Of a DNA stretch of 64,000 bases, positions 18,901 to 27,700 are shown piece by piece (position 1 is the stretch's first letter; each line of letters begins with the position of its first letter). A program made the position numbers and the translations under genes. The notes below the pieces were generated by a model, which was not told the DNA's origin, made no database searches, and saw only the letters and a list, made by a program, of their open reading frames with translations. The stretch covers positions 184,463-248,462 of the forward strand of contig NIVC01000397.1 in assembly GCA_002269645.1 (NCBI GenBank), written 5' to 3'. The DNA comes from Macrostomum lignano. Taxonomy: Eukaryota.

Positions 18901-21435
18901 CGGCATCAAATAGCTCGAGCTCAACGATTTGCTGGGGATTCACGGCGATAGACCATGCTCTTGTTGCGACGTTGCTCACAGCGATGTCGGTACCTTTACT
19001 TTGGTAACAGATTCTCTCTCCCTCTTCATTTTTGATTATTTCAGTAGGCATTTCCAGATCTGAAGTGAGAATGGAATAATCATTGGAATGGTCTGAAAGC
19101 AGAGTCACCCTAAACTTTAGCAAGTCACTTTAAGTCCAGAATTACCTTCGTCGCTACTGCTGTAGGACAGTCTAAAAACTCGTCCCCTTGTTTTTGTCCT
19201 CGTAATCTGCACCAGCACAGGACCGAACAGTCGGAAACGCGACGTCCCTTCTCTCTCCTTTGGTCCATCGGTGAAGACGGGCTCCTTGTCTGGAGTTGTC
19301 GTCATCTGGTAGATCCGAGCGAGGTCAGAGAAGGACAGCTTGAGGTCGATTCTCCCGGGTCGGTCAATGAGCCACTGGTATTCGATGCTAACACTGCTGG
19401 TGTCTCGATCCGAGATTTCCAGCTCTGAGCAGATTGCGTCGTCGCTGGGCTCGGTGAAAGTTCTGTATCGAACTAAAATTGCGAAAATTGGGTAGCTAGT
19501 CAACTATCAGCTCGACCACGTATACTAATTCCAATTATTTTTATCCTTTTAGCCATCATTGAATAACTCGTGAGACAATAGCCTGACAACAACGTTACTC
19601 ACCCAATGATTCCTCAAGCGTGTAGGTTAGGTTGAATCCCCTCTCTCCGACGCTACTATCTGTGCTAAATCGAATTAGCACAGGAGCAATAAGCACAAGC
19701 ACTTGGGATGTAGCGTTATTAGGATCGATTCGGAATTTCGGAGTCCTGAGATACGTTGTTTCGAGATCGTCCGTACTCTCGAAAATCTCCAAGCGGTCGT
19801 ATGGGGTCTCCAGTTCCACAAAGTGGAATCGAATGGCTACAGCCTTCGGCCCGCGAATGGTCCAGTTGTAGACTTTGGAGTTCTCATAGATGACGCCGGG
19901 CTCCCCGAAGTTTTCCGGACACTGAATTGTTCCAGTGTCGGCCGGGACTGAAACTGTGGATCAGGGACCACATCAGTACTTGGAGAAACAGTGCTCACAG
20001 AACTGCTTTAATTGCAAAACAGTCTAGAACTTTTGATGGTTTTACGAATTTTGACTGCCTCATCTTGTCTGTCAGCCAACACTTTAACTGCTACAAATTG
20101 ACCGCCGGCCCTAGCCTAAATTATCGGCAGTGAAATTCGGGATCCGAATTCTGACTGTTTATGACGATTGCAACACAATTAGTATATTTCCAGCGAATAG
20201 CTACTGATAACATTAATAAAGCGTTTTAACATTCTCTTTAACGTTTTAACATAGCTCTTCATCATATGACAGGATAGAAGTATATATGGAATACGCATAC
20301 AGACAGACAGACAGTATAACTGCATAAAAGCGTTTTTTATTTATTGAAAGCCGTAAGGTGGGGTTTCACCTTGATCAATTTGTGAAATTTGTCAAGAAAT
20401 GTGTTTATAACGATTGTTTCTATGGAAGGTTTCTGTAGAAAAAAAACGCACTTTTGAGGTAGCTTTCTGTATCAAAATTTATAACGAATATCACCCATTT
20501 TGCCTTGCATTTCCCCAGGTAAGTAAATTGCCCCCTAGATAATCCAGATAAGTGGGAAACATACATCATTTTGATAAGGTAACTTTTTAAATTGTAGCTT
20601 TAGAAACCCTTAAATAAACCCCGGAAGAGCACATGATCGCTTCACGATTTGCAAATAGGACGATTAATTATTGCAATAGTTCTTCGACATAGAATTTCTA
20701 TTTTTCGACATAGCAACTGAAAGTAAATAGTCAGCAAAACTTACCAGTACATCTATAAAAGTAGGAAACTACAAATATCTGTCACGAATAAATTTGGGTC
20801 AGTAACTGACTACTCCGGTATCCCTAATTCTACATGCTAGGACCTGAGTTAGTGACTGCTGAGAGTCTAGAGATAAGAGTCTAACGCACATTTGGATTCA
20901 TCACAGTGGTGGCCCATGAACTTACCTATGGCTGGAGCGTTTCAATTTGTTGACAGAAACAATATTTTGTTTCTTGAATTTGTAAATTTGTATATATGTA
21001 GTACATTTACTTGAGAATTTTAGTACCGTTTTAAAACTGATATTTGGATCAACCCATCGATCAGGGATGAGAGCAAACAGCCATGGAAGAACTCAGTCAT
21101 AAATACAAGTCCTACCTGTTATTGATAACACCATCAAGCGCATGTTATCAATGGCTAATAGATAGCTAATGTTGAGTATGCGTAAATACAGTCATCAATT
21201 ATCTTACAGATGACTGTGCAATGTTACTCTGGGCTTCAAAACATCACATTACGGTCAGCCAGTCGGTCGAAAATCAAACTCGATCAGAGGCTGCAGTTCT
21301 CAGTCCCTAGCATTAGGATGCGACGCAGTTGAAATGTTGGCAAGAGCAATCAGACTCACCCGCGACAGCAGAGCCGGTTTCAAATGCCAAGAGGCTGCCT
21401 AGGAAGGCAGCGAGTATCAGTTGCAGCAAATCCAT
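9566..21435 (-). CDS. Large secreted multi-CUB-domain protein (cubilin-like architecture); 19 exons visible, >2090 aa, 3' end outside window
   Basis: Signal-peptide exon plus 18 exons of 315-393 nt, each a multiple of 3, flanked by AG/GT in phase 1 and encoding one CUB-like domain (DSG.I.CP...Y....Y.W.I ... GPVLIRF.TD......GF.L.Y). Confidence 0.9.
9995..10167. mobile_element. Tc1/mariner-type MITE (173 bp)
   Basis: TIR CACCTTTTCACGTTCAATTTTGATCA(+10 bp with 1 mismatch) at both ends; TA at 9993-94 and 10168-69. Confidence 0.85.
10246..10952 (-). mobile_element. Internally deleted IS630-Tc1-mariner element
   Basis: ~150-bp TIRs (TACCTTTTTACGTTCT.TTTGATAAAAAC...), TA flanks; retains the transposase N-terminal HTH (MANRGPYQKIS..RIVRAY..TVRNIV..YERTGRV) and C-terminal tail (ITPLKCLRWINHS..RCL), but no DDE core. 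Confidence 0.85.
11633..11977 (-). CDS. CUB exon, domain 17 (type B)
   Basis: ttttag|TA...GAA G|gtaaaa; 345 nt; YRWLIDRQG. Confidence 0.85.
12143..12466 (-). CDS. CUB exon, domain 16 (type A)
   Basis: tttcag|TC...AGA A|gtaagt; 324 nt; DSGKLQCPENFG..FVTDYSVTKAGF. Confidence 0.88.
12629..12976 (-). CDS. CUB exon, domain 15 (type G)
   Basis: ttttag|TT...GTG G|gtgagt; 348 nt. Confidence 0.88.
13121..13471 (-). CDS. CUB exon, domain 14 (type F)
   Basis: tttcag|TG...ACT T|gtgagc; 351 nt. Confidence 0.88.
13539..13931 (-). CDS. CUB exon, domain 13 (type E)
   Basis: ttgcag|TG...AAC G|gtgagc; 393 nt; AVEV..RGTR, WVIAPNP. Confidence 0.8.
14007..14345 (-). CDS. CUB exon, domain 12 (type D)
   Basis: ttaaag|TT...AAG T|gtaagc; 339 nt; YENTTS..ESEF..GDG. 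Confidence 0.85.
14447..14803 (-). CDS. CUB exon, domain 11 (type C)
   Basis: ccgcag|AT...AAC G|gtaatt; 357 nt. Confidence 0.88.
14881..15264 (-). CDS. CUB exon, domain 10 (unique type Y)
   Basis: ttttag|TA...CAA A|gtgagg; 384 nt; RRWVV..GCDKLEL..GPAVVRL. Confidence 0.78.
15360..15674 (-). CDS. CUB exon, domain 9 (unique type X)
   Basis: tttcag|GT...TTC G|gtatgc; 315 nt; DSGEVRW..YIWKI..CCDKIQLW..GPVMIK. Confidence 0.82.
15876..16205 (-). CDS. CUB exon, domain 8 (type A, most canonical)
   Basis: ttccag|TG...TCA A|gtaaga; 330 nt; SYPENYG..DTESSYDWI..FKTDGSNNRDGF. Confidence 0.92.
16349..16687 (-). CDS. CUB exon, domain 7 (type G)
   Basis: ttgcag|TA...ATC T|gtaagc; 339 nt; DSGNIFCP..MDYRW..GPVLIRF. 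Confidence 0.88.
16941..17230. repeat. 61-bp tandem repeat, ~4.7 copies (CUB intron)
   Basis: Unit tcgacaattcgataagaccctaaagtcacaactcaatgaaatgaacatgctgagataagaa at 16941, 17002, 17063, 17124, 17185. Confidence 0.92.
17243..17587 (-). CDS. CUB exon, domain 6 (type F)
   Basis: tttcag|CT...ACT T|gtaagt; 345 nt; DSGSIRCP..EMEYRWT..GQGFNLSY. Confidence 0.88.
17753..18076 (-). CDS. CUB exon, domain 5 (type E)
   Basis: ctgcag|AT...AAC G|gtaatg; 324 nt; AVEL..RG.R, WVIAAKP. Confidence 0.8.
18170..18496 (-). CDS. CUB exon, domain 4 (type D); not in the ORF track
   Basis: attaag|CT...GCC A|gtgagt; 327 nt; GRIEFPKG..DYRWFI..YENTTS..GPVMIRL..GFRLSY. Confidence 0.85.
18700..19059 (-). CDS. CUB exon, domain 3 (type C)
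   Basis: cttcag|AT...AGC A|gtaaga; 360 nt; RAWSIAV..SESPIFSQTGLLGERK. Confidence 0.88.
19146..19472 (-). CDS. CUB exon, domain 2 (type B)
   Basis: ttttag|TT...GAA G|gtaatt; 327 nt; YQWLIDRPG..GPVLVQ. Confidence 0.85.
19603..19953 (-). CDS. CUB exon, domain 1 (type A)
   Basis: ccacag|TT...TTG G|gtgagt; 351 nt; DTGTIQCPENFG..ELETPYDRLEIF..FSTDSSVGERGF. Confidence 0.88.
21360..21435 (-). CDS. CUB gene exon 1, signal peptide MDLLQLILAAFLGSLLAFETGSAVA
   Basis: ATG, hydrophobic core, AxA cleavage-like end, then G|GTGAGT donor (phase 1). Confidence 0.8.
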
Positions 21436-21494
21436 TTGCTGGTTGCTGCACAAGAATTTCTTAGGGCTCTGGTGCTGCCGGTTGACCCGCATAA

Positions 21495-21502
21495 TATTTA
21501 TA
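21495..21502 (-). promoter_or_regulatory. TATA-like box of the CUB gene
   Basis: TATAAATA on the - strand ~60 nt upstream of the ATG. Confidence 0.4.
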
Positions 21503-21593
21503 AACATTTAAAGCCCAGGGCCCACGTGAAGCTCTGGAAATTTCTATAACAATTTTTACGTGAGTTTTCTGCTTTTTGAGAGCCCTGGATACA

Positions 21594-22786
21594 CGTAGTA
21601 CTCTTAGGGATAGGGCATCTCGGTGCGATCTGCAATGATAATTATGCCGAAATCACGCGCGTTGAAAGCGAATTCTCTTAGCCGCCGCGATGGAAATTGG
21701 CGATTAGACTGCATCGCGACTCTTGTGTTAGCGAAGTAAACTGTGCATTGCACTCGGTGACCCTTCGACTGTAGAGCCAGGGTTTGACCACCATATAAAT
21801 GAACAAGCATCGATAATGAGTTTAACGGAGCCTCTAAAGGCCTCTAGTGCCAGGTTGAAAAATACCGATGGACTGACTAGCATTATGAGTTTGCTTTGCT
21901 TCTTCCCGAGTTCTTGAAGATGTTCCTAAAATTGAACTCGCTGCTCCGGAAGTAGCTAGATAGTACCGTTGTACTACCTATCGATTTGCCTAAAAAGGAA
22001 CCTAAAACGTTAGCCATAGACTTGGTAGGGTTGCTTCCACCTTGGTGTGCGGACTCGACGCGTCGGCAGAGTTGTCGATCCGTCACCTGAAATAAAATAA
22101 CGAAGTCGCTCGGAGCAAAGGCAAATCTGAAAATGTCTCGACAGTTGATCGTTCTAGTAGATGCTGCTCGAACCTGAAAACCTGAAAATCCTTAAATGAG
22201 AGAGGAGAGCTCGGAGGCAGAGAGGCAGCTCCGGTTGAGGAAGCTCCCGAACGCAGGTCTGGGGAAAAAACGGCTCCCAGATGCTCTTTATTTATAGCCG
22301 AGCAGACCCCCAAAAGTCACGTGAGTTTCATGCGGTGAGCGCGTGAAACTTCCTTATTTGGACTTCGGAATCATGCGAGAGATGCGTGATCCAAGGCCAA
22401 CTCCCAAATAAGGTAACCCTGTCACGCTGCTGTGGTGTGACTCAAGGTCAGCTGCCACGCAAAACTAGCATGCACAGTGACGTGCTTTTCTGTGCTAAAA
22501 ATAGAACTTGGGCGGATGAGTCATCCTGTTTACTCCCTCTAGGCAGCCTTTATACCCCGCGCAGGTGATGAGTCATCCTGCTATGCCTCCTCAGCGCGAG
22601 TGGGAAGACATTGAGTGTGGCTGTCCACGCCTCGGGCAATGAGTCATCGGCCAGTAAACATTTAGGCCCAGCACAGGGTAACTCTCTCTCAAACAGGTGG
22701 ACTGAGCTGCTGTGCAGCGGACCACAGCGCTCGTAGGAAAAGCTAGTGAGTGCTGCTGAATAGCCAGTTTGCAGCCAGTCACTACA
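21594..22786 (-). mobile_element. Probable solo LTR of a related gypsy family
   Basis: Begins TGTAGTGA like the 3' LTR at 8416; TATAAATAAA ~490 bp in; ends ..GTACTAC(G); similar length (~1.19 kb). No TSD found. Confidence 0.5.
22438..22646. promoter_or_regulatory. Cluster of four AP-1 (TGA[C/G]TCA) motifs
   Basis: Exact heptamers at 22438, 22517, 22569 and 22640. Confidence 0.55.
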
Positions 22787-23146
22787 AGTTGTTTGTTTGA
22801 CGGACAAAATTCTAGGGGAATTCAGAAAATTCGTGAATTCCCGAAAATCACGTTCTAGAATTCCACCCCGAACCCTATCCTGAACATTACTCGGGACCCT
22901 GATCCCGCGAACTTAAATCCCTACCACACCAAGAACCCCAAAACCCCTACATTCACCCAAGCTGCTACCTTTATATCACTACTATCCTAATTTCTATTCA
23001 TCTTTGATATCCTAGATATTTGATGATGCCAACTGCACCTATACTGAGATGAACCTTATATCGGAGTGTAAATTATCAAAAAGTAACGGTTTAATACGCA
23101 TTAAAACTAGAGTAGATACTTTCTGAACCATAAGATAATGATGTGG

Positions 23147-24436
23147 ACAGCACTTCGTCTACTTCGGCAGTCTGGTGCCTGACGTTCGCGAGGATTTACG
23201 ACGTCGTCGTAAACTTGTCTGGGCTGACTTCCGTTCTGTGAGGGCTGTCTAGCAGTCCGAGGCCCTACCTGACCGCCCAAGGGCGGCGTTGTTCTTGTCG
23301 GTGATCGAGACCGTCCTGTTCTTCAACGCCGAGACCTGGTCGCTGACGGATTCGCTCGAACGGCTGGTCGATGCGGCGCACGCTGGCCTGCTGCGCGCCG
23401 CCTTTAAGATCGGCTACGAGCGAGTCACCAATGCGGCACTCTATCCCTGCCCCGTCCCAGCGAACTGTTGCGCCGTCGGCGACTTGGCAGGACATATCAT
23501 CCGAGCCGTGCTGCCCGCAATTGGTGCAGGAGGAGCAGGTGCGCACTCGGTGTTTCGTTGTTGTTGTTGTTATTTCCGACCGGTCAGTCCGGGGGCGGGT
23601 CTGAGCCCCGACCTCCTTTAAGAAGTCTATCACCTGCCTGCTGATGTTGCTGAGCGTCTGGAGGCTCGGGTTTTCGCCGAGGTGCCGGTCTCTGGCCTGT
23701 TGGTAAGAGCGGCAAACCTTGATCAGGTGCTCCAGGTCCTCATCGGCTTCGCCGCAGTGCGGGCACGTAGGGCTGTCGGCTTGGCCAATGCGGTGACGGT
23801 ACTGCTGGAGCAAGGGGGAGTGACCAGTCCGGAGTTGGGCGAGGGAGATCTCGTCATGTCTGGGGAGATATCTCTTGATTTTGGCGCCGTCCCCGGTGGT
23901 TAGGCGGTGAGTGATGCAGTGCGGGTCCGCTCGGTAGACCGCGGTGAATTGGGACTTGGCTGATCGGTCGATCGCCGCTTTAGCAGCGGCCAGGCTGATT
24001 TTTGCGTGAGTCTGGTCAAGAGCCGATCCAGCTTTGGCGGTGGCGTCCGCCAGGTCGTTGAGGCGGAGTCCAGCGTGTCCTGGCACCCATTGAAGATCTA
24101 CGTGCGTGGAGGCCGAGATGGAGACGAGGAGTTCCCAGATCGTACAGCAGCCCGGAGAGCGCGCTTTCGCAGGGCCTTGCTGGAGGGAGCGGAGAAGCGC
24201 CTGGGAGTCGGTGAGACACCTGATGCGGTCGGGCATGTGATTAGAGTAGATCCGAAGGACCGCTCGGTGTTTCGTCGACTGCCTGCTCGACACTACCAGC
24301 GGTGCGTCCTACGTTTGCGCCCAAGCCCTGTGACGTAGTCTTACGCCTGACTGGCTGAAAACTTATTTTTGTTGTTTTTGTTGTTGTTGTTGTTGTTGTT
24401 ATTTTTGTTTTTGTTGTTGTTGTTGTTGTTTTTGTT

Positions 24437-24440
<4 letters not shown>
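23147..24440 (+). mobile_element. Degenerate 3' fragment of an RTE-like LINE (host of nested insertions), (TTG)n tail
   Basis: Homologous to 57210-58086 (FVY.G.LVPD, VIETVLF.NAETW, ARTR..VDCLL); interrupted at 23559-24262. Confidence 0.85.
23559..24262 (-). mobile_element. 5'-truncated RNase H-encoding LINE (I-group-like), with 13-bp TSD
   Basis: TDSQALL, LQWVPGHAG..N..AD, LAQLRTGH, CPHC..EDLEHL..C; (AAC)n tail; TSD ctcggtgtttcgt at 23546-58 and 24263-75. Confidence 0.92.

Positions 24441-24486
<46 letters not shown>
24362..24486. repeat. (TTG)n plus (TG)n microsatellite
   Basis: Directly visible. Confidence 0.95.
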
Positions 24487-24660
24487 ATCGGAACGAGTCT
24501 CCGAGATCAGACCAGCCATTCCGGGTGGGCCTTCCTCAGGAACTCAAACATCATCATTTCCCTTCCGTAGTCTTTCCTTCCAGTGAGTCCGAGCTCTGGT
24601 GAGAAACCCGGAACATCATCTTTTCCATCGTACGGAGTGGATGTGGAGTACAGCCAGACT
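24441..24660 (-). mobile_element. Possible short 3' end of another LINE inserted in the host (TTG)n tail
   Basis: Ends ..FEFLRKAHPEWLV* followed by a short UTR and (CA)n; (TTG)n resumes at 24661-24685. Confidence 0.4.
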
Positions 24661-25425
24661 GTTATTGTTGTTGTCGTTGTTGTTCTTGCCGTTGTGGGCA
24701 ATAGTTTCGTTCTCTAATAGAAAGGATAAGACGAATTCCAAAATCTGTACTTATATGTAAAACAGGTCTGAGAAAAAGTAAAACCATTCCAGGTAGCTAT
24801 GTATAGACCTCCATGAATGAACAACGCTGATGGCCTGATTAAATCCAAGTTCGAAAGGGTTAACTAATTAGCCCTAATTTATTAACCTAACTAATTAACC
24901 CTAACTAATTACATTAGAGTGGCCAGTGATTTATCAGTTTAAGCAGGCCAGCGCCCGAGCCCTAATCTAGAGTACCCATCTGTCTTTCTGATGAGGTTTG
25001 CGATTTTTTAACCTTTTGGCGTGCCGAAACTTGTTAAATATTTGTCAACCGGAAACACGGCCCTTGTCTACCATCAAAGGGAGCATTTGAAATTGCGATC
25101 AAGTAAACAAAATAGCATCCGATTGGCAGAGCTCCACTACTTTTATCAGATTATAATTTGACATCTGTAAATATTTAAGGCAAACAATTTCAACGGAAGC
25201 TTGTTCTGGAAAGAAAAAGTAAGAAGATGGAGAGAGGTGAAGATGAGTTTTCAGATTAAGCACAAATTTTAAGCTTAGCTTCTGATTACGAAGTAATATA
25301 TTGGTCTCGTGGATCCTGCGGTTTAGGCTACTGGTTCATTATAATTATTCTTTAGAATTTTTACTGGTTTGATTTTGGTAGGTTGCTGCCACCAGGTTTC
25401 GTGATACTACTCCCTAATCCTAGTA

Positions 25426-26002
25426 CGAGGGGTGTTCCAAAAGTCCTTTCCCTTTTGAACATAAAGGGAAATGCAATGCTCTTGCAATGCTGCTCCGATT
25501 TCATTGCGGTTTTCGTAACTTGGCAACTAAACTATTAGCTCAGATTTATTGTCGAAAAAATTATTATAACACCAAGTTTTAAACAAGCAGCAACTGATTT
25601 CAAACAATGTGCATGACGATAGAGTTACACAGATTTTAAAAAAATGCCTAGGGTTTAGGGTCTAGGGTCAGATTTTGATGACGTTAAACTGTTAAACTGT
25701 TAAACTAAACAGTTAAACTGTAGATGAGCTTTCTATACTGACAGTGCTAACTTTGACGTGAAATTAATCTCAGATGGTTTGACGATCTTTTGGTAAAAAT
25801 GACTTGCTTTTGATTTCTCTGTTGCAGTGGGTCAGCGAAAAATGAATAGCAACACCAACACCATAGAAAAAATGATCAAATTAAAAAACTTTTGAGCTAA
25901 AGAGCATCTTTTTATAGTCGAAAACCGCACTCAAATCGGAGCAGTATTGCAAGAGCTACGAGCGTATGTTCAAAAGGGAAAGGACTTTTGGAACACCCTT
26001 CG
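25426..26002. mobile_element. Mariner-type non-autonomous element/MITE (577 bp)
   Basis: TIR CGAGGGGTGTTCCAAAAGTCCTTTCCCTTTTGAACATA extending imperfectly to ~90 bp; TA at 25424-25 and 26003-04. Confidence 0.88.
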
Positions 26003-26939
26003 TATTTCGCGATTAAAGAAGTGAGACAGGACACCAATATAGATTTTAATTGTTCAGGCAAAATATTATAAAATTTCAACATACAAAAGGAGTTCTACAT
26101 TACTTTTTTCCAGCATTTTCCCTTGTTATTACATGTGCTTTGTGTTAGCATAGCAATAAAAATAATTGTTAGCCCTTCCACTAAAAACAATATGATGGCG
26201 ACCGAAAGACCAGCTTTAACACAAATACTTTGCTATCCTCGTAGCATCTTTATCTGATCGTACTTGTCTCTACGCGTCTTGGCTTATTTGCCTCGATCTC
26301 ACTCTCGCTTTCTAACGTTTCATATAATGTCCATAGACGTCAATTTGAGCATATGCACAGCCATATGCACAGCCATGCTATTTGTCTATGTTGGTCCCTT
26401 ATTTTTCCCTTATCTTAATGTCTTTTGGCATTAGGTTGGTTGTCTCCCTGCTAATTGTGTCTTGGCTCTCATCACTGACAGTGGATTGGTGTCCTGGGGA
26501 AGAGTTCGTCCCGAATCGGGGAATACCGACTGAGTCCGGTGTCCCTTTGCTCATTGTTTAGCAATTTGACGATCATTATTCACATTTTTAATGCAGAACA
26601 ATCCATTACTACAAACAATGCATTGTCTGTAGGCTCGTCAAACAGAAAAACAATGCAAAGAATCAGCGGTCGCAGTGCGTGACAACGACAACGAGGGACC
26701 GCTGATTATTAATACATTGTATCATTTTGGAGGGGTTTTTAGGGGTATAGCAATCAAGCCAGATTGTTGCACGCTTTGAATGTCTATGGCCGAAGCCAAC
26801 GTCTGAGCTAACTATTTAATGCTATATTTAGCAGTTGTAGCATTATAAAAACCTAATATGAAAAAACAAGCTTGTAACATTACAAAAAGCATAGAAAAAG
26901 CATATACGCTCGTAGAAATTATAGAAATTATAGAAAAAG

Positions 26940-27700
26940 CATAGAAGATTCGCAAGCCAGTGACTAACTGTTCGATATCGGCTGTATTCAGATCGCAGGC
27001 GTAGTTCTTGCTTGAAAGCACCTCGTTGAACTTACGAAGTGGCCACTTTTCTTGCAACAGAGCTGACTTTGGCGTAGTGTCGAGTTGCATTACATTCATC
27101 TCCCTGAGCAAGTCTCGTTCCGGATCTTGACCAGCTAACAGCGCCTCGATTTCATTCACATCCAACTGAGCCAGATCGTCCAGCATGCCTTGCATAGTCG
27201 CCTCCCGCCGGATTCGCTCGCCAATCTCAGAAGACGACAAACCAACGACATCTCCTTGCGACACATGCAGCAATCCAATAGGCTCGCCCGTTGATGCTTC
27301 GTAAATCATGATGACAGCTTTTTGGCCGCAAACTCGCTGACCTCGCTTGGCTTGGCTTGGCCCGTCTCTTTATTGCTCTAAACAGCCCAGATCTTTGGGC
27401 CATAGACATATTTGGAGCGTGCAACATTGAAGTATTGCCCAAAATAATACAATGCTAGTGGAGAATGGCTATATCGTGCACCAAATGTATTTGTCATTGG
27501 TGCACTCATAGCCAGCATTCTCTACTACATCATTGCTGCCCCTTCTCCGACACCTTGGCTTGGGCTTATTAGAGCTGGGTAGTGAAAAAGCCTTGTGGCT
27601 CGCAGCCCTATAGGAGGCCCTTGCGAGTTTCACCTCTTGATAGGAGACGCGCCCTTGGTAAATAAGCTGCAAGGACTCGCTCCAATCTTAAAACCATTTC
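26940..27700 (-). pseudogene. Decayed coding relic of unknown family (TE-derived?)
   Basis: Protein-like stretch ..GQKAVIMIYEASTGEPIGLL..LDDLAQLD..KWPLRKFNEVL; upstream continuation broken by stops and frameshifts; no splice sites found. Confidence 0.35.
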
